DNA of 64,000 nt from Scyliorhinus canicula (lineage: Eukaryota), in assembly GCF_902713615.1 (NCBI RefSeq), contig NC_052154.1, forward strand, positions 92,449,030-92,513,029, read 5' to 3'. The notes below the pieces were generated by a model. That model did not search any database, was not told where the DNA came from, and saw only the letters and a list, made by a program, of their open reading frames with translations. The position numbers and the translations under genes were made by a program. Below, one piece after another: positions 24,773-37,130 of the stretch; positions within the stretch are counted from its first letter, which is position 1, and each line of letters starts with the position of its first letter.

Positions 24773-27494
24773 GAGGGGGTTATTGAGAGGAGTTATAGGG
24801 AGGTAGTCACACATCAGGTAAAAGAAGAAGGTAGATGGGTTACCATCAGGGGAACGAGAGGGAACCGGCAGGCAGTGCAGGGATCCCCTGTGGTCGTTCC
24901 CCTCAATAACAAGTATACCGTTTTGGATACTGTTGGGGGGGGGGGAACGACTTACCTGGGGTAAACAATGGGGCACAGGTCTCTGGCACAGAGTCTGTCC
25001 CTGTTGCTCAGAAGGGAAGGGAGAAGAGGAACAGAGCACTTGTCATTGGGTACTCCATAGTTAGAGGAATAGACTGGAGGTTCTGTGGGAACGAAAGAGA
25101 CTCACGGTTGGTGTGTTGCCTCCCAGGTGCCAGGGTTCGTGATGTCTCTGATCATGTTTTTGGGATCCTTAAGGGGGAGGGGGAACAGCCCCAAGTCGTG
25201 GTCTAAATAGGTACCAATGACATAGGTAGGAAGAGAGATGGGGATTTGAGACAGAAATTCAGGGAGCTAGGGTGGAAGCTGAGAGCTAGAACAAACAGAG
25301 TTGTTATCTTTGGGTTGTTAGCCGTGCCACGTGCTAGCGAAGTGAGAAGTAAGGAGAGTGAGGAGTTGACCACGTGGCTACAGGGATGGTGCAGGAGGGA
25401 GGGTTTTGGTTTCCTGGATAATTGGGGCTCATTCTGGGGTAGGTGGGACCTCTACAAACAGGATGGTCTTCACCTGAACCAGAGGGGTACCAATATCCTG
25501 GCGGGGAGATTTGCTAGTGCTCTTCGGGGGGGGGGGGGGGGGGGGGGTTTTAAACTAATTCTGCAGGGGGATGGGAACCTAAATTGTAGTCCCAGTGTCC
25601 AGGATGTTGAGAGTAGTGAGCTCAGGGATAGGGTTAAAAGTTCGAAAGAGGGCACCGGCAAGCAAGATGCTGGTTTGAAGTGTGTCTACTTCAACGCCAG
25701 GAGCATCCGGAATAAGGTGGGTGAGCTTGCAGCATGGGTTGGTACCTGGGATCTCGATGTTGTGGCGATTTGGAGACATGGGTAGGGCAGGGACAGGAAT
25801 GGTTGTTGCAGGTTCCAGGATTTAGATGTTTCTGTAAGAACAGAGAAGATGGAAAAAGTGGTGGGGGGGGGGGGGGGTGTGGCATTGTTAATCAAGGAAA
25901 GTATTACAGCGGCAGAAAGGACGTTTGAGGACTTGTCTACTGAGGTAGTATGGGCCGAGGTTAGGAACAGGAGAGGAGAGAGGTCAGTGTGTTGGGAGTT
26001 GTCTATAGACCTCCGAATAGTTACAGAGATGTAGAGGATAGGATAGCAAAGATGATTCTCGACAGGAGCGAGAGTAACAGAGTAGTTGTTATGGGGGACT
26101 AGAACTTTCCAAATATTGACTGGAAATACTATAGTTCGAGTACTATAGATGGGTCAGTTTTTGTGCGGTGTGTGCAGGAGGGTTTTCTGACACAGTATGT
26201 AGACAGGCCAACAAGGGCGATGCCCCATTGGATTTGGTACTGGGTAATGAACCCGGCCAGGTGTTAGATTTAGATGTAGGTGAGCACTTTGGTGATAGTC
26301 ATCACAATTCGGTTATGTTTACTTTAGCGATGGGCAGGGATAGGTATATACCACAAGGCAAGCATTATAGCTGGGGGAAAGGCAACTATTCGGCAAGATT
26401 TAGGATGTATAGTATGGGGAAGGAAACTGCAGGGGATGGGTACAATCGAAATGTGGAGATTTTTCAAGGAACAGCTACTGCGTGTCCTTGATAAGTATGT
26501 ACCTGTCAGGCAGGGAGGAAGTTGTCGAGCAAGGGAACCGTGGTTTACTAAGGAAGTTGAAGCGCTTGTCAAGAGGAAGAAGAAGGCTTATGTTAGGACG
26601 AGACATGAAGGCTCAGTTAGGGCACTTGAGAATTACAAGTTAGCCAGGAAGGACCTAAAGGGAGAGTTAAGAAGAGCGAGGAAAGGACACGAAAAGTCAT
26701 TGGCGGATAGGATCAAGGAAAACCCTAAGGCTTTCTATAGGTATATCAGGAACAAAAGAATGACTGGAGTAAGATTAGGGCCCATCAAGGATAGTAGTGG
26801 AAAGTTGTGTGTGGAATCAGAGGAGATAGGGGAAGCGTTAAATGGATATTTTTCTTCAGTGTTTACACTGAAGAAAGACAATGTTGTCGAGGAGAATATT
26901 TAGGTACAGTCGACCAGGCTAGATGGGATTGAGGTTCACAAGGAGGAGGTGTTAGCAATTTTGGAAAATGTAAAAATAGATAAATCCCCTGGGCCAGATG
27001 GGATTTATCCTAGGATTCTTTGGGAAGCCAGGAGGAGATTGCAGAGCCTTTGTCCTTGATCTTTATGTCGTCTTTGTCGACAGGAATAGTGCCGGAAGAC
27101 TGGAGGATAGCAAATGTTGCCCCCTTGTTCAAGAAGGGGAGTAGAGACAACCCTGGTAATTAAAGACCTGTGAGCCTTACTTCGGTTGTGGGTAAAATGT
27201 TGGAAAAGGTTACAAGAGATAGGGTTTATAATCACCTTGAAAAGAACAAGTTGATTAGCGATACTGAACACGGTTTTGTGAAGGGTAGGTCATGCCTCAT
27301 AAACCTTATTGAGTTTTTTGAGAAGTTGACGAAACAGGTGGATGAGGGTAAAGCGGTTGATGTGGTGTATATATGGATTTCAGTAAGGCGTTTGATAAGG
27401 TTCCCCACGGTAGGCTATTGCAGAAAATAAGGAAGTATGGAATTGAAGGTGATTTAGCGGTTTGGATCAGTAATTGGCTAGCTGAAAGAAGATG
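24773..27494 (+). mobile_element. Degenerate CR1 (ORF1 esterase + ORF2 APE/part of RT), truncated at both ends, in the V-C1 intron
   Basis: Colinear with about 41020-43710 of the intact element (DGLHLN, CVYFNARS, LDLVLG, SLTSVVGK). Carries stops, frameshifts and expanded G runs; no 3' tail. Confidence 0.92.
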
Positions 27495-27805
27495 TATGAG
27501 AGCTAAACAAGCCTAAATGACTTGGCCCAATTACTTTATGTTGTCAATGTACTTAATTATGTTCTTAATTTTTCATATATTTGGCTAATATTTATAGTGA
27601 GAATTTTATTTTGAATAGTTATGCAGTCCAAGGGCGTATTAAAATCAGTGTGGCATTCAAAAACCAGATCAACACATTTTGTCAGTCATGTAGTTTTGTG
27701 CTTGCGACGAAGCATCACTTGACTATATGTAAGTAGACTGGGCTTCCAACGAGAGTGAGGTAGTGAAGTCCAGTCAATTAGTGTTTTCATTTCCTTGCTC
27801 CACAG

Positions 27806-27880
27806 CTTCCCGACCACCAGTGAAACTGATCCTCAAAGTGTCCCAACCTCATCTACTCTAACAATTGTGTGTCAGAAGGG
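27806..27880 (+). pseudogene. Decayed duplicate C1 exon (5' part only)
   Basis: Acceptor region gtgttttcatttccttgctccacAG/cttcc resembles gtgttttcattttcctgttccacAG/cttct at 28815. Translates ASRPPVKLILKVS-(frameshift)-STLTIVC versus ASPEPIRLIPKVS…SALSLVC. An old antisense CR1 fragment follows (about 27885-28110). Confidence 0.7.
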
Positions 27881-28814
27881 TAACAATCCTCGCTTCTGTA
27901 GTCTCTCATTCTTAGTATGATTCTGGTAATCCCTCTGAACCCTCTTCAAACCCTATCTTTTTTCCAAAGCAAGAAGTGCAGAATTGGACAAAATGTTCTA
28001 ACTGATACCTAACCAGCGATTCACAAAGGCTCACCCTAATGTTGTTCTTTTTCTACACAATGCCTACATTCAGAAAGTCAATATGTTTTGATACCTCAGA
28101 ATGCATGGTAGCCTAAACATATATATTATTTGCATGTTAAATCTGTTGGAATCATGTCGCTTTGAATTAAGCGAATAAGTAAGAAACTGTTGTAACTGCA
28201 ATATTAATACACTAACTACTGGAAGGTGTAATTTATCGGGATGGAAGAAGCTATGGCTGATTATTCAGCTGCTTCAACCATTCTGCTCCTCGGAAAAATA
28301 TCTCAACTCTCACTTCCTGACTATTCTTTTGTCTCTCTTTAGAGTTATTTTTTTCTATCCGGGTAATCAAACTATCGCTCGTGTGGATGCCCCCCCCCCC
28401 CACCCCACCATGCTACCACACACACTCCAACTGATCTATGTTATAGATCATAAAGTGAATAATATAAATTAACATCACCTGAATGCATTTTGTGTTTTTA
28501 TTTAAAGGTACTGAACTGACTATGAAGACTCTGGATTCAGTGTAAATATAACTCCCGCAGAAAGTGGTGCGGCCTGATTGTCAAGCCTCACTGAAATAGT
28601 TTCTCCTATCACTGCATATGTGCTTTGTGAATCACCCTCATATTATTTTATTGTATCATTGATTTGGCACATCGCAAATTCTATCAGACATTTAGGTCCC
28701 TGCCTGTCGTACGATTCTGGTGGTTACATCCAACCAACCAGGAAGACTTGATCTCAGCTGAGACTAAGGTAGTGAAGTGCAGACAATCAGTGTTTTCATT
28801 TTCCTGTTCCACAG

Positions 28815-29123
28815 CTTCTCCAGAACCCATAAGGCTGATCCCCAAAGTGTCCCCAATCAACACATCTGCTCTGTCACTTGTGTGTGAAGCGGCCGAGTTC
28901 TATCCAGAGTCTCTCACCTTCACCTGGTATAAAAACGACAGCAACATTGTGACTGGGATCAGCACCATTCAGAAGGTGAATTCAGAGGGAACGTACGAAG
29001 CTTCCAGCATCTTGAAAACGACAGGGCCAGCCGAGAGCGGAATTGTGTATACCTGTGTGGTGTTTCACCTCACACTGCAGGACCCAGCCGTGGCTGTTTA
29101 CTATGACTCCATTTCCAACTCAG
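28815..29123 (+). CDS. Gene 2 exon 3: C1-set Ig domain
   Basis: Acceptor ttccacAG and donor G/GTtaga at 29124; 309 nt, phase 1-1. C1 motifs LVC…EFYP…TFTW, GTYEASSIL and YTCVVFH. Confidence 0.93.
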
Positions 29124-29869
29124 GTTAGATGCTGACGTTTGTACAGATATTGTGAATCACTGTTTACTATGTATTCACTTTAATTTATTTCAATCCTCTG
29201 AAATTTATTTGCAGGTTGATTCTACTTGGGTGTTTCAAAATTGGATAAAAGAAGTAAAAGCCTCGTAGCAGCCTCCTCGAACAGGCGCCGGAATGTGGCG
29301 ACTAGGGGCTTTTCACAGTAACTTCATTTGAAGCCTACTTGTGACAATAAGCGATTTTTGGGAAAAATTCCTCATCGAGTAACAGGGCGATCTCAGAAAA
29401 TATAATCCATTAGTTTGCACGTCATTTAACACATAAAAGGGAACCAATGGAATGTCTTTTGCCTCATGTAGTTCAAATGTCATCGTTACGGCAGGCTGCC
29501 GACATAGATCCTGCTTAGATACTTTCCGAGACCCTAAACTCATGCGGCTGCAGTTTATGCCTGGCTGCAAAGCTCCTGACTGCTGTGTCAATAAAAATGC
29601 AAGTGATATATTTTTATTCCTGCAATGTAACAATAATTGTAATCAAATGAATGTGAAAACAGAATCGATAACAATCCGAAATTACGCAAGTTAAAAGCTT
29701 CATTCTTCGTCTCTGTTATTGAAACACTGAAGATGTAAACCATGCAACAAATGTTGTTGAACAGATTGGTTTCAAAACACTGTATTTTAAGGAAAAATGA
29801 TCATTCGTATTGTTAGCAACAGTAGTATTATCTTCGCTATTTTCATTCTCAGTATTATCATGTTTACAG

Positions 29870-29983
29870 ACCATGAGCCCACGCCCATTTATCTGCAAAT
29901 TTCTGGATACACAGGAGCTGCATTGATATTTCTAACACTCGGTGCTTTCATTTTGATGAGTTATAAACTCAGTAAGTGTAACG
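29870..29983 (+). CDS. Gene 2 exon 4: stalk + transmembrane exon
   Basis: Acceptor tttacAG and donor G/GTaagg at 29984; phase 1-1. Translates DHEPTPIYLQISGYTGAALIFLTLGAFILMSYKLSKCN: an uncharged hydrophobic stretch followed by KLSK. Confidence 0.85.
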
Positions 29984-31585
29984 GTAAGGAACCAGCTATG
30001 TGGCTTCCCTTTGATACATTTGTAAAAACTGAAGCGGGAACTCAGCAGAGCACATAACTCGCCCATACTGTGTTAGCCTCAGCAGAATTGTAACAGCCGA
30101 GTCTTTTTTGAAAGTTTTCCCTGCCTGGTTGATACTCTGAAAGGAAAAAGCTAAAAATAGAAATGTCTTCGTTAATAACTCCAATCTCATTGGGAAGGCG
30201 TCAGGTCAAGCCACGTTGAAAAACCTGCTCCGCTGGTATTATGACAGCAATGTCAAATTCCACCCTTACCCACGAGACAATCCACAACATTGTAAAACAA
30301 TTAACAACATTCTAAATAAAAAAAGTAAATTGATAGAATTAATTCTTAGAAGAAGAATAGAATCCCAAACATGCATTCAGTCCATCGTGCCTGCAACAAC
30401 CCTCCAAAAGAGTACCCTACCAAGGCCACAAGTCCGCACCTACCCTTTGGACACTAAGGGACAGTTCAGCATTTGGAATGTGAGACCAAACCCTGAGGAA
30501 ACCCACGCAAACACGGAGAGAGCGTGCAAACTCCACACAGTCACCCAAGGTCGGAATTGAACCCGGGTCTCAGGCCCTCTACAGCAGCAGTGTTAACCAT
30601 TGTGCCACCATGGCGCTCTATAACCCATTGTCAATTGATCCTTTAAAAACAATTTAGAAGCACAACCCGTAATGCATTTTAGCCAAAACAAGAACCAGTT
30701 CTACATTAAGCCAAATCGTATCTGTGTACCAGGTTTTATTGAAATATGTTTATTAGTTTCTGAGCTGTGTTATTTTAAAACCATACCGACAGACTAACCA
30801 TCAAATAGAAAAATTCAGTCCGCCGCCAACAGTGACAGGAAGTAGTGAAGAAAGAAATATTACTGTGAGGAAAGAAGGAAATATTGAATATGATCCAGAA
30901 ATAGAAATGAGTTGATATCTAAGCTGTTCCAATTGCAACCACAATCTGAAATAAATAAATTATCAAACAGTTAATCAAACGAGCATAAAGTAATGATTAA
31001 GGAGTACAGATTTTTTTTTAAAGTTTTAGTTTGTGTTTTGAAGTTTGGAATGATTTGCATCCTTGCGGGTCTAATGCATTTCAGGATATATGAGGTTTCC
31101 CCTACCCTGTTATCCTCAAGGCGCCACTGATTGAGAATCAGTCAGATCTGCCTCCTCACCTTCACGTAATATCCAGATGAATTTTTCATTTCACTTCGGG
31201 AGGAAATTATAGAAATGAAAAGGGGCTACGAGACTTCGAAGAAGTGGTGTAATTCTCTACTACAGTTCAAAAAGATGGTAAAAACAAAATAACACAAACC
31301 TCCAATAAATGCATTTAAATTATATGCAGGACCTGGTAATTTTGTACGTGCATTGTTGCTGAATGTTTATATGGACGAGTGGTCATCGCGCAACGTAAAC
31401 AAACCCCTGTCTGTCCCTGTATCGGCTTTAAACATTCCAAGTCAAGTACAGGGTCCAGTGGATGTTAACGTACTTCCATCCATAATGTCCCATCAAACAC
31501 TTCAGCAAGGAGTTTAGGTAGAAATTGAATCTCCCATTACATCGACGGGTCATGTACTCCCAGGACAGGGTTAGATTCTGGATGG

Positions 31586-32242
31586 TGTTAGGATGTCGGA
31601 CCAGACCCCAATTTTTATTAGGAAACCTGCCGAGAAACCCCGACAATTTTTCAATTTGTAAACTATAAGAAAAGGACACTTCACCCCCAGGAGTGAATCC
31701 ACTAACAGATAGGAACTTTTTGTATTAAAGCAAACTATATAACTAACACAGAATTAACTCGATTCATATCCATGAGGAAAACAGCTTTTCAATTAACAGT
31801 TAAACAGTTCTTAAAAATATAAAGAAAGGTCTTTGACTTACTTTCACATCTACTTCTAGGATTTATATTAATCAAACTCCACATTCAGGACAAATGCCAT
31901 TCATTAATAAAATTAACACTTCGTGGTTTTACAAGTTTATTCACAAAGTCCTTGGAGCGAAGGTTTCAGAAGTCAGTGTGAGAGGCAAAACTAATTTCCT
32001 CAAAATCCAGATCAGAACTCTAAAAATGAAACAAAAAATATACATATGGCAGGGCTGAAAAGGAAACGAAGAAACGGACGCAGCCCCTCCCATGAGTGAC
32101 ATCATAGCGTGCATGGCTGTTTACCCCTTCATCACTGTTTAGCAGACATTTAATCTGGATAGTTTAACCTACATTATTTGAATTAAATCACGGCAACAGA
32201 CACATAGTACAATCCATATTTAAAAATCCAACATCCATCACA
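31586..32242 (-). mobile_element. Probable solo LTR (about 657 bp)
   Basis: On the minus strand it starts TGTGATGG and ends …ggggtctggtccgacatcctAACA, with an AATAAA near the 3' end. No clear TSD. Confidence 0.6.
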
Positions 32243-33525
32243 ATATCGGAGGGTTTTCTATATACTGATATGCAAAGGTAAGTCACAGAGAAAGGCTCCA
32301 GAGACAGGACAAACAAGCCAACACTCTTAGTGGAGTCTGTCAATAGACCATGTGATTTCTCCACAGCCTCCCTCTAACTAAGCAGTACAATCCCGGAAAT
32401 AGCATTTCCATCAGTACTGATTATTAATTCATTTTACATTTGATCATGTAAATCCAAACACAACTATTTAGATTAAGATTCACCAGGAAATAAGCATTGG
32501 TTCCAAAGAACAGCAACTTGCATTAATGTACAATATCATAATATGCTCATAGTCAAAGTCCCAAGTCACCTCAAAGGGGAGATCTCAAACACAACTGGCC
32601 ATGGAGCTATATGGCTTGACGAAGGAGCGATGGCAAAAGCCTGGCCAAAGATATAAGTGTTGACGAACATCTTGAAGGCGAACAACTGGTTGATTTGAGG
32701 AAGCGATCCCAGAGTTTAGAGCTGAGGCAACTGGATGCTCCGCTGCCGATGATAAAGCGAGGTTGAAGGGGGCAAAATTAGAGGAGTAGAAGTACCAGAG
32801 GTGTTTAGAGATGGAGTCGCTTAAAATAGATAGGGAGGGACAAAGCCATGGAGACATTTCGAAAAGGAGGATAATCTAGGCATTGATTCACCGTGAATGA
32901 TCATACGGCAGTGCGGATAGAGGTGGAACTAAAGTTGTCATGAGTTGAGAGATGGAAATAATGGATTGCCACAAATGTACTGAGGGTAGAATGTGGGAGC
33001 ACAAAGTCAACGTAGCGTCTAGTTCTTCTGGTCTCAATATTGATTAAACATATCTGCATCATTTAGAACTGTGCCCGAAACACTCACTAGGCGAAATGTT
33101 CTGCAGCTAGGCATTTCTCCCGCATTAGGGCTATCTCCCGCTCGTGTCAGAGCAGAGGCATTGTGAAAACATTCTGAAGCCGCCGCGTATTCACTACCCA
33201 GTTAAGGACAAGAGTTGGAACAGAAATGTACCTGACCCAATGAGAGGGCAGGCGGGAGAGCAAGCTAGCAGTATCACTGTGAGAAGCGAATTCTGAAGAG
33301 GCAGAAGGTGAGTGAGAGGGCACGTAAAAATGTGAATAATTTCAAAAGGCTACAGAATGCCACATAACAAAAAGGGCCAGGGCTGGAAGACCGGGAGGAT
33401 ATTTCCCCCTGTGAGAAGAATGCAGTTGGTCAATGTAATTTCGAAAAAAAGTACATTGTTTTTCATTTTGCTGCATGCTTCACCCTACTGGAGCTAATTT
33501 TAGTTTGTTTTTTTCGAATTCACAG

Positions 33526-33645
33526 CCTGAAAATAGACGGCAAGATGGCGTATGCTGTCAGCAAAGGAAAACAAACATATATTCCGGTGGAAAAGGGAAA
33601 CAACGAGCAATGTTGTTACGCAGACTAGATAAACGTATTAGATAG
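33526..33645 (+). other. Candidate terminal cytoplasmic exon of gene 2 (frame unresolved)
   Basis: Strong acceptor gctaat…tttgtttttttcgaattcacAG. Phase 0 reads PENRRQDGVCC…RIR* (stop 33643-45). Phase 2 reads LKIDGKMAYAV…TYIPV…CCYAD* (stop 33626-28). No canonical ITIM in either frame. Confidence 0.3.
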
Positions 33646-33666
33646 AATATTTAAGTGAATCGTGCT

Positions 33667-36600
33667 TGTGGTGAATATATTCACCTAGTGCATGAGCTAT
33701 CTGTATGATACTGTAACCTATTCTAGAGCTGTTGGGGAGGGTTTAAACTAATGTGGCAGGGGGATGGGAACCAATGCTGGAAGTTGGAAGGTAGTAAAAC
33801 AGGGACAGAAACAAAAGGAAGTAAGGGGAAAAGTGCAAGGCAGAGAAGACATAGTCAGAAATCCATAAGGTCGACAGTACAAGGTACAGTGACTGAGGGG
33901 AGCACAGTGAATAGGCCCAGTAATAACAAAAGGAATAAAACTGGAGATGTTAAGATTCAAAACAGAGGTAAAAAAAACAACATAAGTGTACTTTACCTGA
34001 ATGCTCGTAGTATTCGGAATAAAGTAAATGAGTTGGCGGCACAAATCATCGTAAATGACTATGATTTAGTGGCCATTACTGAAACATGGTTAAAGGATGG
34101 TCACGACTGGGAGTTAAATATCCGAGGGTATCAAACTATTCGGAAGGACAGAGTGGATGGTAAGGGAGGTGGTGTTGCTCTGTTATTTAAGGATGACATC
34201 CGGGCAATAGTAAGGGATGACATTGGTGCTATGGAGGATAAGGTTGAATCCATTTGGGTGGAAATCAGGAATAGTGAGGCGAAAAAGTCACTGATAGGAG
34301 TAGTCTATCGGCCACCAAATAGTAACGACATGGTGGGGCAGGCAATAAACAAAGAAATAACTGATGCATGTAGAAATGGTACAGCAGTAATCATGGGGGA
34401 TTTTAATCTACATGTCGATTGGTTTAACCAGGTCGGTCAAGGCAACCGTGAGGAGGAGTTTATAGAATGTATCCGCGATAGTTTCCTAGAACAGTATGTA
34501 ATGGAACCTATGAGGGAACAAGCGGTCCTAGATCTTGTCCTGTGTAATGAGACAGGATTGATTCATGATCTCATAGTTAGGGATCCTCTCGGAAGGAGCG
34601 ATCACAATATGGTGGAATTTAAAATACAGATGGAGGGTGAGAAAGTAAAATCAAATACTAGTGTTTTGTGTTTAAAAAAAGGAGATTACAAGGGGATGAG
34701 AGAAGAACTAGCTAAGGTAGACTGGGAGCTAAGACTTTATGGTGGAACAGTTGAGGAACAGTGGAGAACCTTCCAAGCAATTTTTCACAATGCTCAGCAA
34801 AGGTTTATACCAACAAAAAGGAAGGACGGAAGAAAGAGGGAAAATCGACCGTGGATACTAAGGAAATAAGGGAGAGTATCAAATTGAAGGAAAAAGCATA
34901 TAAAGTGGCAAAGATTGCTGGGAGATTAGAGGACTGGGAAATCTTTAGGGGGCAACAGAAAGCTACTAAAAAAGCTATAAAGAAGAGTAAGATAGAGTAT
35001 GAGAGTAAACTTGCTCAGAATATAAAACCAGACAGTAAAAGTTTTTACAAATATATAAGACAAAAAAGAGTGGCTAAGGTAAATATTGGTCCTTTAGAGG
35101 ATGAGAAGGGAGTTTTAATAATGGGAAATGAGGAAATGGCTGAGGCACTGAACAGGTTTTTTGGGTCGGTCTTCACAGTGGAAGACACAAATAACATGCC
35201 AGCGACTGATAGAAATGAGGCTATGACAGGTGAGGACCTTGAGAGGATTGTTATCACTAAGGAGGGAGTGATGGGCAAGTTAATGGGGCTAAAGGTAGAC
35301 AAGTCTCCTGGCCCTGATGGAATGTATCCCAGAGTGCTAAAAGAGATGGCTAGGGAAATTGCAGATGCACTAGTGATAATTTACCGAAATTCACTAGACT
35401 CTGGGGTGGTCCCGGTGGATTGGAAATTAGCAAACGTGACGCCACTGTTTAAAAAAGGAGGTAGGCAGAAAGCAGGGAATTATAGGCCAGTGAGTTTAAC
35501 TTCGGTAATAGGGAAGATGCTGGAATCTATCATCAAGGAAGAAATTGCGAGGCATCTGGATAGAAATTGTCCCATTGGGTAGACGCAGCATGGGTTCGTA
35601 AAAGGCAGGTCATGCCTAACTAATTTAGTGGAATATTTTGAGGACATTACCAGTGCAGTAGATAACGGGGAGCCTATGGATGTGGTATATCTGGATTTCC
35701 AGAAAGCCTTTGACAAGGTGCCACACAAAAGGTTGCTGCATAAGATAAAGATGCATGGCATTAAGGGTAAAGTAGTAGCATGGATAGAGGATTGGTTAAT
35801 TAATAGAAAGCAAAGAGTTGGGATAAATGGATGTTTCTCTGGTTGGCAATCAGTGGCTAGTGGTGTCCCTCAGCGATCCGTGTTGGGCCCACAATTGTTC
35901 ACAATTTACATTGATGATTTGGAGTTGGGGACCAAGGGCAATGTGTCCAAGTTTGCAGATGACACTAAGATGAGTGGTAAAGCGAAAAGTGCAGAGGATA
36001 CTGGAAGTCTGCAGAGGAATTTGGATAGGTTAAGTGAATGGGCTAGGGTCTGGCAGATGGAATACAATGTTGACAAATGTGAGGTTATCCATTTTGGTAG
36101 GAATAACAGCAAACGGGATTATTATTTAAACAATAAAATATTAAAGCATGCCGCTGTTCAGAGAGACTTGGGTGTGCTAGTGCATGAGTCACAGAAGGTT
36201 GGTTTACAAGTGCAACAGGTGATTAAGAAGGCAAATGGAATTTTGTCCTTCATTGCTAGAGGGATGGAGTTTAAGACTAGGGAGGTTATGTTGCAATTGT
36301 ATAAGGTGTTAGTGAGGCCACACCTGGAGTATTGTGTTCAGTTTTGGTCTCCTTATCTGAGAAAGGACGTACTGGCACTGGAGGGTGTGCAGAGGAGATT
36401 CACTAGGTTAATCCCAGAGCTGAAGGGGTTGGATTATGAGGAGAGGTTGAGTAGACTGGGACTGTACTCGTTGGAACTTAGAAGGATGAGGGGGGATCTA
36501 ATAGAAACATTTAAAATTATGAAGGGAATAGATAGGATAGATGTGGGCAGGTTGTTTCCACTGGCGGGTGACAGCAGAACTAGGGGGCATAGCCTCAAAA

Positions 36601-37130
36601 TAAGGGGAAGTAGATTTAGGACTGAGTTTAGGAGGAACTTCTTCACCCAAAGGGTTGTGAATCTATGGAATTCCTTGCCCAGTGAAGCAGTTGGGGCTCT
36701 TTCATTACATGTTTTTAAGGTAAAGATAGATAGTTTTTTGAAGAATAAAGGGATTAAGGGTTATGGTGTTCGGGCTGGAAAGTGGAGCTGAGTCCACAAA
36801 AGATCAGCCATGATCTAATTGAATGGCGGAGCAGGCTCGAGGGGCCAGATGGCCTACTCCTGCTCCTTTTTCTTATATTCTTATATTCTTATGACCTGGA
36901 AGTGTATTCTTATAGTCTTATGACCTGGAAGTGGTTATAAGAGCTACTTCCAAGTCCTGTACTGTAACGGGGGCTCCGCCTCTGGCTCCCCCCTCACCAG
37001 GGCCATATATAGACTGGCCACTAGTGGGTGGCACTCATCTGTACACCCAACTCTGGCTAGGCAATTCATGATTAATAAAGCCTAATGTTCACTCGCTCTC
37101 TCAGTTTCTTGGTGAATTGACGGTACATCA
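33667..37130 (+). mobile_element. Solo LTR (about 300 bp) interrupted by a 3.2-kb CR1
   Basis: Starts TGTGGTGAAT at 33667 and resumes at about 36890 with a TATA-like catatatag, AATAAA at 37074-79 and the end …gacggtacatCA at 37130. Flanks gtgct/atgct form a 5-bp TSD with one mismatch. Confidence 0.7.
33725..36890 (+). mobile_element. CR1 with near-complete ORF2 (APE+RT), 5'-truncated at the ORF1/ORF2 junction
   Basis: ORF2 from ATG 33751 to the stop at 36791 has one frameshift (about 34860) and one TAG (35580-82). APE motifs LNARS, ITETW, YRPP, GDFN, SDH; RT motifs QHGF, DFQKAFD, FADD. (TATTCTT)n tail. Confidence 0.95.

Noticed and set aside
32208-32277. Phase 1-2 cytoplasmic exon (VQSIF…LYTDMQ)
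   Set aside because: The acceptor is weak and half of it lies inside the probable LTR at 31586-32242. Only the donor is retained as a clue.
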